Below are positions 39,569-53,100 of a stretch of DNA of 64,000 bases, one piece after another (position 1 is the stretch's first letter; each line of letters begins with the position of its first letter). A program made the position numbers and the translations under genes. The notes under the pieces are model-generated. The model did not search any database and was not told the origin of the DNA. It worked only from the letters and a program-made list of their open reading frames with translations. Source of the DNA: Chrysomallon squamiferum (lineage: Eukaryota > Animalia > Mollusca); NCBI GenBank assembly GCA_012295275.1, contig CM022672.1, positions 23,932,001 to 23,996,000 of the forward strand, written 5' to 3'.

Positions 39569-41922
39569 CGCCATCTTGATGATAGTTTCCATAGCATGGC
39601 TAGGTGCCTACCATGGATTTTAAGAAGACGCATCAGCTTACAGTAATTTTTTTCTTTTTTTTTTGTTTTCTTAATGAATGGCACAAAATCAAATTTAATA
39701 CGAAACAGAAAATAGCAAACATAATCAGCATATTTAAACAATTTTATACTCAAAGTTTACTTTATAATTTACACATTTGTGTATTCAGTGCAGTATCATA
39801 GTAGATTATGTACAGATTCATTGCTGATTACAGGACAGATGAAATTAAACAATGATCAAAATATCTGTCAAAAATAAAGTGATACTAATTAACTACTAAT
39901 TATGTGATAAACCTTGAATTAGTCAGAAAACAAATATCAGCTATGTGATAAGATTAATAAAGCAAAATAATTTCACTCCATCATTTTTTATATATATATA
40001 TATAGAATTCATACAAGTTAACAGTTATTAAATGTTCAGATTAATTACTGAAAATTAACTATCCAGTCATCTGCAGGTTTAAGCCAAGTATAATTAAAGT
40101 ATATGATATTAATGAAAACTTAAGCTTCTGCTGAGACAAAATACATTAATATGTTTGAATATTAGATTAAAAACTAAAAATGTCATAGTTATTATAAACT
40201 GTATATTCTGAGGATATCATTAGTAAATTTTTGTTTTGTTTCCAAAATAGCCTACGGGAAAACATGATATTATTTGACATTCTATGTACATAACTGTGTA
40301 TCTAGAAGCTTATCCAATCACTAGGGGATGTAGTAGTGGTTGTCTTAATGTGCAGTCAAGTTCACTTCTTACACCTAGTAACTGTCACCGTGGTAAGTTG
40401 AAAAAGCACTTGTACGTCTGTTTTGACGAGAGCATCCTCTTGAGAATGCAGCTTTATAGCATTATGAAGTCTCTTAAATGTCATGGATTTGATGTCCTCG
40501 GTTATTGCATTAATGCTCTAAAGATCTATTCATGTCAGTGATGAAAACCTTTCATTTGACTGGATTATACAGGTTTAATGCTCTAAATACATTAATTTAA
40601 TATAAATTTAATTACTTTTGTTACATGAGGTTACAATACATCTGATGGCTTTTTCATGTTGGTGGTGGATAGTTATATTTTTTATAATTAATATTTGAAA
40701 AAAGTATTTGCTACATAAAATATTTATTTTAATTAAAACAGAATTAAGATTTTTAAAAAAAAAAGAAGAAAGTTAATTTATAAAAATTATGAGCGTTTTG
40801 GAGACACAATTAAAGTAATTAACAATTTAGTGTGGTGTGTTTACAAATTTTGCACATTTGCATTGTTTACACTAGTGTCCAAACAAGACTAGAAAAGTTT
40901 AATTATTTATTTCATGACATAATTAAAAACTGATTCTTCATATAAATGTTATAATTATTAGTATAGTTATACACACATAAGCTCATCCAAAATTTGTATA
41001 TGTTTATTTAATCTGCTTAACTACGATTTTAACACTCAGGTACTTTTTATATATCTAGCTGTATTTAGTCTTCATTATAATTTTTTTTTTTTTTTTTTTT
41101 TAATAGCTTTTACATACTAGCCAGATGAGTCAAAATAATGGAAACTATCATCAGAGATGCACACAATTATTGAATTTGTTCTTATTCAGTAATTCATGTT
41201 GTTTTCAAAACTGTTGGGTTTTGTTGAAATAATAAATGTCTATTATTAAAATTTGATCATTGTCTTGTAATCCTTATTTAAATGTGAAACTTGACCTAAA
41301 CACCATTCAGCTTACAACCATCCCATAAACAGTACTGCCTGAAGCAATAGTGTGGCATAAAATGTTTTATGAATATAGTGTGTAGTTATAATGATGATTA
41401 TTTATATTTTAAAGTATCAAGTGTAAAATTGTTATATTCTCTCACACACAAACACACACACACACATCCACATACACACATATGTGAGTTGTTTCATGGT
41501 AAAATGTGATCATTTACTGAAATATGCCCATTCAGTGTTGTTTTCTTTATTTTTTCATTTTTATAATTAAGCCTAAAAAATATTAATTTTATTGGGATCC
41601 AGTCTAACAGCTGATTTAAAAACGTGTTAGTAGGGTTTAAAGCCAGGGTACCAATTACTTGTCCACTAAAATACTAGTCAAAAACTGTGGAGGTAAATGA
41701 ACCCATATACAAGTGTAGTTTGTTTAAGGCTTAATCAGCATAACCAAAATTAGCAATTTCCATCCTGGGTCACAACCTAAATCAAGGTTGAATAAAGTCT
41801 TCATTAGGATGCCTCAAACATTCCTAATTATATGGCTAAGGATCATGAACTCATTTTGTTTACCAAAAATTTTGGGAACCACTGTTCCAACTAGAATTCA
41901 GACATTTCTAGTTGTAAAATTT

Positions 41923-41963
<41 letters not shown>

Positions 41964-44365
41964 CATTTTCTGCCAAATCTTTTTTTTTTTTTAATTTAAC
42001 AAGTCTTAAAATTAGCCAATAACAATATTCAGAAATTTATTTAAGAGTATATTCCATATTCAACAAATTCCAACTGCAGATGAAAGTGTGTATATTTTAA
42101 AGGAATATAAATAGTATGGAATTATTATTTAAATCTTTTGTGAAAGTTTACAAATATTTAAAAAATTAAAAAAAAAATTTAAAAAAAAAATAAAAAAAAA
42201 AAAAAATAAATTAACTACATTTACATTATTGATGGGTTTATAATGGATGTTACATAATTTCAGAAATAAATAATAATTATATCTGTAATTATAAAATTAT
42301 TTAAACAAATTTAAGTTCTTCTTCAAAAAATAAGCTATTACTATTAATACAGTATCATGTTCAAACCCGAATCTTAAATAAATTCCAAGTAAAGTCCATT
42401 CTGAGTTTTGTTCAATTAAGAGAAAAAAAAAAAAAAAATGTGGTTGTAAATAGGGGACTGTCTGTATGTTGTTTATTACTCAGTGAGGTTTGCTAACCAT
42501 TTGACGTATGTGTTCAGTTTACGAAATATTATTTGTATTGTGATTACATGCTCATTTTTATAAATGCAGTTTCCTTTCTGATATTCTAGTAAAAAGTCAA
42601 CACTAGAACAAAGAAAAACAGATTCTTTACCAGCAATGTCATGCTGTTTGTTATTTTGTTGTACTGGTTTTTATAGTTGCTGTATTTACTGTAATTACTA
42701 TTGTTGTTGTTGTTGTTTGTTAGTAAAACAATATAAATAATTTTTTTGTACTGTACAGGATAACTGGTACCCAGCAATCTTTACAACGATTTATAAATTT
42801 GCATGTTAATTAGATGCTAAAATATATATTATGTATGATAATAATTATGTCATTATCAGAAATCTTTTTACGTTAGTATTTCAGTCTTTGACAGTTACTA
42901 TTCTTGACCCCAAATTTATATTTAAACCCAAAAAGTACTTCTATACGTTTCCACTGAAATTCAACACAGCTAACTGTTTCTTGTGATTTAGTCTTTATAA
43001 TCAGGTTGTGAATAGAACATGTTTTATTTTAATATTAATAAAATAGTTAAGTAAATATGTTTGTAGTTTTTTTTATCATTATTTTTTACCTATTAATGCT
43101 AAATATACTGATGATAAGTGTTAAATATAATTTTTACTGAACTGTTTTGTTATTAAGATATTTTTATTTTATTAAGATACAAATATGATCATGTAAATAT
43201 TGTGTTTCTCTCGTGTTTTAGCATCTCTAGACGTACTCCATTTCAATTATACATTTTTAATTTGAAACTGAGAACCAGCAGGATCTAATTCAGAGAACAT
43301 AGAACTTGATTTGTTGTTAACGTTTTAACATACATAAATTATATAAAAAGATTAAACGTTAAACCCTCAGAGTCATTTAAAGTTAAAACTAATTAATATG
43401 GGATAAATAATACAGTCATTGCCACGGTCATTTATTCTATTGTATTACTACGTAATCCTAACTATTATAGTACTTATTGGGTGGCCAGATTACTTTGGTT
43501 CTCAGCCAATTATATAATTAACATTCTTAAACTGTCTTTAAAATAAATCTGCAATTTATGAAAGTACTCAGTATTTATTAACTTTGGTAAATTTATTAAT
43601 TAATTTAATATGTGACGTTTTAATACTTTTTACTTATTTTTTCCTTTGCCATTCTAGTGAAGAAAAAAGCACCAACAATTGTTTACTCTGATGTCATGTA
43701 AATGTTTCATTTATTTGCCAAGTGGTGTGATTATATTTCAATTATTTACACTTATTTTTTTTTTTGGCAGATACCAATGCTAATTTAGTGGCGATATTTT
43801 CATTAATATTTAACTATCAAATTAGCTAGTTAACTGCAGTCAAAGAAAATGTTTGACTTTTCAGTTTCACTTGTCTTGTTTTACACATGTCTGTGTTGTT
43901 TATTTTTGACATTGTTACGAACTTCTTGTATTTTGTTCTGTTATATGTAAATCAAAATTAATAATATATATATATATATACTGAAAACTTGTTTATAGTC
44001 AACCTGTGTTATAATCTTTGTATGATAATTGTAATATAGTTGGGGTTTTTCTGTTTTTTTTTAAATTTTATTAAATATAACATTAACAATATTTGATAAA
44101 ATATTTTTATATGATTCACACCGTTTCTTCGTAGATGGAAAGACACGAGTGAAAATATATCCCTGTCTTTATAAACCCAAGCACTTGTGTTGTAACGGAC
44201 AAGCTTGTTTGTTTCTACTTTCCCATACATTTTAGAATGTGCAGTACTGCCATTCCAGTGTTGATATGTTAGAGTTTGCCTGTTACTACAATCCCTGCAT
44301 ATATTTTGTCAATGCAGATTGTACATTTTGTAAATTAAATTAATAAAATTACAAAATATGTTCTT
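39569..44365 (+). other. Probable long 3'UTR of the synaptotagmin gene, with distal poly(A) signal
   Basis: AATAAA at 44342-44347 has TGTA elements upstream (44320, 44329) and a T/GT-rich tract downstream, and lies near the end of the CpG-depleted zone. Several more proximal AATAAA exist, so the end point is inferred. Confidence 0.45.
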
Positions 44366-45566
44366 GTTATTAAACTGATTGTTTTCATTTTGTTATATAT
44401 TACTATTATAGCCGAATATCGGTTGCAAAATAAAAAAAAAAATTAAAATATAAAAAAAAAATTAATATAATAACAAGCGTTAAGAAATAAATGAGAACTG
44501 TTAGAGCAGACAAAGAAGAAAGAAAGAAAAGTAATTCGTTTCTGTTTAGGTGTTTTTAATCATTCAGTTTATGCTGTCGGTAAAAAGTAAAAAGTAATAA
44601 TTATTTGTAACACTTCATACATAATTAAACACAACTTTCGGTTACATTCAATCGTCTTAATCCATTAAGTAATTCTTTAGCCTGCATATATTTTAAAATT
44701 ATTACCTAATCAAAAATAATTGCCAATATAATATTCAAGCACATTATATTACAATAACCGTTATATTTCTATATATAGCTTGACATTTTGCCCGTAGAAA
44801 AATTGTCCATTACATTTTGCCAATTGACATTTTGTTTACATTTCTCAAGATTCAAATGAAACAGGACACGGCCGTATATATCACTACTTTGAAATTTAAA
44901 AACAGTAATGAATATAAAAAAAAAAAAAAAAAAAAAATTATGAAATGAAAGAAAAAATCTTGCTAAAATATCAATAAACTTTAAAAGCACAATAAAAAGA
45001 CTCTAAAATAAAATAAATAAATAAATAAAAATAATTTTTGCATAATCGATTTTTAAGTTTGAAATTGAGTAAATTGGACCATTTTTCATAGTATATTATA
45101 TACATGTATATTGTTTCTTTTCCGTCAAGGTGGGTGTTAGTATGACAATAAGATTAATACAGAAATGGCCACCTTAAGGAAAAAATCATTACGTATTTTA
45201 CAATGAAATTGCTTCGTGATTTGATGGTTAAAGGATTTTCATTTATCTGCAGTTATTGGCGTTGTTTACAACCACCTGAATGACCAGCTCATAGCAAAGA
45301 TATTTCTGACATCGCTCGATCAAGCTGATCATAATTACCTACCATGACAACCGTAGTAGCTTTCAGTAGCTGGAAACAGGATGTCTCGTTATTTATATAA
45401 TTAAAACGGATAAACCAAATAATTAAATGAATTGAGATTTGCACACTGACATTCTTCAAACCAATGTAAAATATTGTCTGCGGAAAATTGTGGATCCATC
45501 CGTTGAAAACAAAACCTAATAAAATACTACTTTTACTATAACTACTATTTCTATTACTATTACAAG

Positions 45567-45597
<31 letters not shown>

Positions 45598-45860
45598 ACT
45601 ACTACTACTACTACTACTAATAATAATAATAATAGTAATAATAACAATAAAAATAATAAATAAATATATAAATAATAAAAGAAAAAAGCATGCATACTGT
45701 GATGTTCAACATCAAAATATGAACGACTAAACAGAAATAAACATACTCAGACTTTTGGTTGATAAATTATTCATTACGTATCCATACTGAATTGGATGAA
45801 TAAGGCGTCGGTTATTTTTATTATTATTATTTTTTATCTTTTTTTTGTTTTGTTTGTTTT

Positions 45861-45902
<42 letters not shown>

Positions 45903-47066
45903 CAATACGCTAGACAGAAAACATTACTGTGAAATACGACTTCGGTGGCATACAATCTACGAACAATAATAGTTTCTTTGTTAGAAGACCAGATAGTAAT
46001 AGTAAAGAGCCTTTGTATTCGTCTTCCGCAATTAATTCTACAAGGGATGTGATCCTAGAAACTACCAGCCGAAGGGCTAATGGTTTCAGCCTGCTCTTCT
46101 ACAACTATCATTAGAGTAAAATAAATAACAGATTTTAAAAGAATGGCTTGCAAAACATCGTAACACGCCAGACTGAAACTTGACAAGGATATCAAATAAG
46201 CCGTGTTTGTTTCTTTATTTATATCCTTTTGACTTTGAGAAGTTCTGGTTCCGGTTCTGTTTTATTTATTTATTTATTTATTCTGTATTTTCTTCTTTTT
46301 TTTTCTTTTTTTTTTTGGTATTATTTTGGTATTTTTAAACTAACCGGTGTTAACAGCACAGTCAAAATATGGTATGTCAGGTAAAAGTTTCCTTTCTACA
46401 GGTAATAAGGAATAAACGCACTATAAAGTCTACTATTATAAGTAATCAGACGAGAATCCATTAGTCTGAGACTCAGGAATACTGACATGTTATTATGTGT
46501 ACAAAACAGACAATAGCAAGACTCACGTAACAGCTAACCACACCTACACATTATTCGTGTCTTCTGTTGTACTGGCTGCAGAAGTGTAACTCAGCAGAAA
46601 TATAATCTGTTAAGCCTGCCAATAAATACCGTGTCACTTCTGTAATACAGATCCTATTATTTTTTTCCAAAAATAAAATGATAAATGTTTTGAAATAATT
46701 AATTTTTGATGTTTTGAAAAAAAAAAAATATAACGTAGATTAGAATATTCGTTGTATTCAGACAACATGTAAAAACAAAAGTAAAAGTAATGCAAATTAA
46801 ATAGTTATCTTCATTTATAAGCATCACTCTTAACTGAAACAGAACCGTCTGTTTGTTAATGGCATTTTACTGTCTTAAGTTAAAAGCGATGTTTATTTGT
46901 ATTTTTTTTTTATTTGATATTGCAAATCGGTACAAGTGACTTTTCTCTCATACAATTAATATAAACGTGTTTAGTAACAACTCATATATTTTTAAATTCA
47001 TTTAACCATTTATTCGAAATGGAAAGCCGAAATCGTACAAACAAGCCTGCCTGACAACCCATCAAT

Positions 47067-47103
<37 letters not shown>

Positions 47104-49040
47104 CAATCAATTAATTAAAGTATCTAAAACTTAATCTGTTACCTCGCACGTTCGTTACAGTAAATACTGTCAAGCGTATGCAAAAGGCGAGAGAACAGAG
47201 TGTATCAGAAGAGGTCATAACTAGAATTTCTGAAAATCGTGCTTTATCTCTTTCGAATTGCAGCGAGACTTCAATGATTATTGGAAAGTAGATTAACAGT
47301 GTGAACAGCACGGTAAAACCGCCGCGCTGCTCAGAGTAATGGCATACTGATAAATTCAGTAGGCGCGGTTTTATCGCCTTGCTTCCCAGACTAACGGCTC
47401 GCACTAGCACTGAACATTTATTTCAATCAAACTAACCATTTGGAAGAATAATAAATCCCGTAGTCGGAGCTTTTAAGCGGTAATTTCCTTTTGTTGCCTT
47501 TTTTTCAAAGCATTTGTTTGAAAGTGTATTTTCTAAAGATCATGATGACTTGAAATTTCAGTGTATATTTGGAAGAAATTTGCACATGAACATAAGAAGC
47601 AAATATGGATGACATAAACATTCAAGCAGAAAGATTAAATGTGTGGTAAAAAAAAAAGAAGGTTAGATGAAAACACAAGCCTGCAGCTTTTGTCACACAT
47701 CCTTAATGGCATTTTTAAATATGTATCATAATTTCACAAGTAATGTGTGTTTAAATTCCACGTGTGAAAAATGCCGATTAGAATATAGAAAATTGTAACA
47801 CCGTGTTTTATTTCACTGGTTTTAATGAATTATGAATAATCCGTTAGTGATTCTATTAAATACAACAACTGTATTTAATACAAAATGCTCATGACATTAA
47901 GCAAGTTTAGCAGATATAGCTGTAGGTGTTCAAAGAAAAATTCATATTTTGTACTTTCCCCCATAGGACATGCATATCCTGCTTAGTCCAAAATCTTAAT
48001 ATTTGCCATCTCTAGTGACGTTTCCCTTAAGGGCACGGGGAGGTTCTGAGACTCTAAATCTTCTTCATCAGGCTTTAAATTCAGATAAAATTTAATCATC
48101 ATCAGTTTAAAAGGTAATTACGCCATGAGATGTACTTTGAAATATACACTTGCATAAAACAAAATAAACCAATTGAAAAAAATAACTCGCTCTGGTTTTC
48201 TTCATTCAGTTTTGAAATAATATTTTCAGCAGTTATTTTTGACACTGTTTTCTTAATGCTGATTAGTATTATTCTTCTTTTCTTTTTTTTCAAAGAAGAA
48301 TTTTCATAATTATGTTAAAGATAGTACGGTAGAATCGCTTTAATAGAAAGATTGTTAGAAAGTGTTACGGAGAATGAAATCGCTTTGAAAGATGCAGACG
48401 TCTTTACGATGCTGCTGGAGGATGTAGTAGTGATGTACTTTCGATGATACAACTGGCAGTTACTGCAGCAATCGTCCAGACATAGTTAGGTAGATGCAAT
48501 GATAACTTTGTAGTTATTAATTCGGAAACCTGTGGACGTTCAAAATATCTGCTAATTCTTTTTGTCATTTTTAATTTATTTTATTAGACCAAAGAAAGGT
48601 GTTGTATTTCATTTGAAGTTTTAAAGGCGTTCTCATTATTATGCTTTATATATATATATATACATATTCTCCAACGTTCATCTTCCTTAGTACTTGTACT
48701 GGGAATCAATCAAGCGAAAGTCTAACAACTCTTAGAATGCACCGATGAACAATTTTTCATCACGAAATAGTTAGCTTTCGCCAAGGCTTTTCTCGTTATT
48801 CGGCGAAAATTATTTTAACGACGCATTTAGTCCGTTTTTGCCTTTTCTTTTTCATTTTACAAGAAATATCCAGCACCTTATGAGAAATTCTGTCTATAAA
48901 CTAACCCATTATCAGTTCACTCGATCGACCACAAACGCTTCTCGGAGCACTGTCCTAACCTCATTAAGTAACGCCTTTATGGGTCGCGAATTTAACAAGG
49001 TACGCAATTCCTACAGTAGCGCCATGTAACAAGATTACTG

Positions 49041-49056
49041 ATTGGCGGTGACGTCA
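49041..49056. promoter_or_regulatory. Reverse CCAAT box next to a full palindromic CRE
   Basis: ATTGG at 49041-49045 and TGACGTCA at 49049-49056, within a CpG-rich stretch (~48700-49150). Confidence 0.35.
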
Positions 49057-49350
49057 TTCAAGGTGAAGTTGTCTCGGGCATGAAATTTTCGGTATTGATA
49101 CTTCGATATAATGGTGAGCAAGATTAAATTGTTGTTTCGCATCCTCACCGTGGTACATTAAAGACAGAATGGATTAACCGATTCATTTTAGAGTGCATTA
49201 ATTTATATGGTTGATGCGACATTAGTTTATTATTTGGGTCTAAATTAAGAAGTTGGATCACTGAATTAGTCGATATATTTAAATTCTGAAATTAAATCGT
49301 GTAATAAATTTAAACTAAAAATATATATTTATTAACCACAATGATGCTGG

Positions 49351-49432
<82 letters not shown>

Positions 49433-50089
49433 ATATACATACACATTGTTTTTAATTCACATATCACGAATAATGTGTTCTAGATTAGTTTTAGTCATAG
49501 AAAATATGAATTTTAAATTGTGAACGGATATTTATTTTTATTAATTTACTTTTATTTAAATTGTTGATGTTTCTGTTGTTATTATTGTCAAAAGACAAAT
49601 GAATAGTCTGCAGTTTAATGTCACACATGCAGACAAGAAAAAAATAAATTAATTTCCGGAAAAGCAATACCACTGCTTAAAGATGCATTATTATTCCGTA
49701 ATAAAATACATTAGAAAAGGATAATAACTTTAGGTCGTTGATATAATGAGAAATATTTAAAAATAGCAGATACGCTTTTGATGGCGGAAAAACATAAACA
49801 GAAGTCATTTATAATTTATAGTTTGTTTATTATTTTTACAGTATTCAGTTGATCGTTTATCACGGAAATTAGTGGCAAAGAAGAAAACGAAATCGTTTTT
49901 GCAGTTCACCAACAAATCTGTTAATCGAGTGTGTTATATCCTGCTGTATCATGCATTTTGTCTAGAGAAAATTACATTTCTAAATTACGCCTTCTAAAGA
50001 TAATAATAATATCTGACACTGGACCATTTAATTCAAAATACAATCCTTATGGAAATAGTGTCAATATATGAAATGACGATAAACCAACT

Positions 50090-50167
<78 letters not shown>

Positions 50168-53100
50168 CAAAGTTTTCCAGTTCGAAAAGTTTAGACGCCA
50201 TTGAGTCTTCTGAAAGTAATTATAGTTCAAAACACTCGTGTGTAGAAACAGAAAATTAGTTTTTGTGTATAAGAGGAAGGTAATAAAATAAGTAAAAATG
50301 ATCCTCATCAAGAGTAAAGGGTCAAGAGTTCTTTTATCTGACTCTGCGCTGCTGGTTATAAATTACATAGTCGACGAAGACGTTACAAGAATGCGCTCAT
50401 CCTTTGGTTTCGACGTCACTGAATGTTCCGGTGTGTTGCAATAACTATAAGAATATCACTAATGGCGGTGCCGACTGAGGTTAAACACGGATATTAGTTC
50501 CACGTCTGATTGATAGCTGCCAGCTTTGTCAGCCTCAATAACGATTTGCTTTCTCTGACTTTAAATAATTGAATGAATTTATCGCGATATCATCTGAAAG
50601 CTATGTGCATTTTCTTGTTTCTCCTTAGCACTGTATAAAAGAATATTTGTACAGAACGTTTTAGTCCAAACTGTCACGGAAGTCCAACCAAATTTAATTA
50701 CAATCCATTTTCTGATAATAGTTACAAAATCTGAGTATCGAGGAAACAGATATATCTTCTTTTTGTTTCTCACCTTTGGTTAACCTGTGAGACAAAAAGA
50801 GAGATAAATAGTATAATCCTCTTTTCAGTATTAGTTTAGTGGCAGCAGATTATTAAAAACGAGGGAAAATGGAAATTAAAGTACTTATGCAAGGTTTTCC
50901 CGTGAGATGGAGGAGCTGAGAGGTGCAATCTCTGAAGACACTTAAACTAAGAACTAGAATAATTGAAAACTGCTTAGTTATTTTTCTAATTGGGAATTAA
51001 GTGTGTCCTTAGGGGCCATTATCTATGCACACTAAACTAATGAATGTTATGAAGGATCGAGCAGTAATAATAACAAAGTTGTTCTGTTAGTAGAAGCAGA
51101 CACGGTAACAGGTAGAAAAGAAAAACTTGCAGCTTTTTTTTTTTTTAATGTGAATTTTTGTAATAGATCAGTATTAAATTTAACTAGTTTCTGTCTTGTC
51201 ATTAAATTCATCCTTCCACTATGTTTTTTCTTCTGTCTTGTCGTGGTCATATATTTAGTATTTATTTGTTTGCTAATGTATATTGTTTTATTTTTATTGT
51301 TATGGAAACCTCGTTATTAAGTCTTAAAAGTTTTTCTCCGAAAGATAATTTGTTTATTTATTTAGTATTATCATAATAACAAGATGAAAAATCCTTTTCT
51401 AATGAAATAGTTTCATATCTATTTTGTCTAGACTGCTAAACAGCATGTCCTACCAGCCATTAGACAAATTGGTAACCACTGTTTCAAAATCTCTCGCATA
51501 TCTAATGAGAACACATCGCGACCTGAGTTGAAAACACCTACTCTAATTTAAAGACAGCCGAAATTTTCCTGTCATCTGTTTGTTTCGTTTCGGAAATCTC
51601 TGGTTACGACTTTTGTATAAAACGAGACCTGCAATACGTAAAATTTATGACAGCTAAATTTCTGATTAAAAAATGTATCGAAAATCTCATTTAGTAAAAC
51701 ATTTGTTCTTGGATTTATTCGACGTAACACCCCTGCATGGACATAATCTTTTAAAACACTAATCACAACCAGTGACTAAAGATTTGAGCCTGTTTGAACT
51801 GAACACAGAATTGAAAGCTTTTTATATCTAACGTATATGATAAAACATTTTACTTCAAGTCTCCTTACGGTCACGTTTTTACCATATAATTATTGAAGCA
51901 GGAACTGAACTTCTGTTTAATACTCTACCTACAACAGTCGTATAATCTAAATACAGATTGCAAACAAATAAAAAAATCTATATATGTATCATCTTAGTTA
52001 AAGGAAAATCACTTTAACCATTTCTGAATGAGTAGTCTGAGACGTTATTGAGACAGAATTAAGAGCAGATTTGTTGAGCAATCAAACGATATTACCAGCC
52101 GCTACTGACACGATTCTCAACTAATCTGACTTGCTGTAATAACGTAAACACCTATACATATTATTCTACGAGTACTTGCAGCATTTAGACGTGGTAATAA
52201 AGGTCAAGTTGAAGACGCACATGGCTCTCCCACTAAACCGACTAAACACGACCTTTATAGTAACAAGTAGGATTTAAATAGATCTTTCTTCCTTTTTTGT
52301 AATCTCTTTGAAGTATATATTTTTACTTATGTCCTTCTTTCCTTTCTTCCACGAAATGTTCCTTATCTTGTCCGCTATTTATTATTATTATTATTATTAT
52401 TATCATCATCATCGTCAACATCATCATCATCATCATTATCATTGTCATAATAATTATTAGTTGTTATTATTATTATTATTATCATCATCATGTCTTTCAT
52501 TCACTTCTTTTTGTTTGTTTTTATATTATTATTTTTTTTTTTCCTTTTTATACTTCTTACATCCATTTAAATTTATCTTTCCATTTTTCTTGGACTTTAA
52601 TATAGAGTCTAATATCTTGTTTCAAAGACTACACAAATGGACAAATTGGAATTGTATTGATTCGTTTTAACACTCCGGGGATACAGACAGACGTATCAGT
52701 GATATAGTTTGCTGTTAGTGTAACATGCTTGGCTTAGCGGCGCTGTAACGACAAAGGATGGACGTGTCTTTTTCCTAATGTAAACGGAAATCAGTGCTAG
52801 GAACGGAACATTCATTTGAGATAACACGCACGTGCTGTTGTGATCAAGCATCGATGTGTCCGATTGAACCCTGTACACAGAATAAGCTTTGTTATTATTA
52901 TTATTATTATTATCATTCTTATTGTTTTAATAATTTGTTTATTCATTTATTATCAACATAATCTTAAGCAACATCTTTGTTACAATAATTGTTATTATCA
53001 TCTTGTAGTCATCATCACGAATATATCAAAATCTGCTAAATAAATAAAACGACGGGGAAATTCACCTTCAGTTCCATTAACTGTGGTGAAAATATACTAA

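Noticed and set aside
48015-48075. Minus-strand CCTGATGA...GAAACGTC resembling a Penelope-type hammerhead ribozyme core
   Set aside because: Stem II does not close before GAAA and stem I does not pair; probably chance or too decayed to call.
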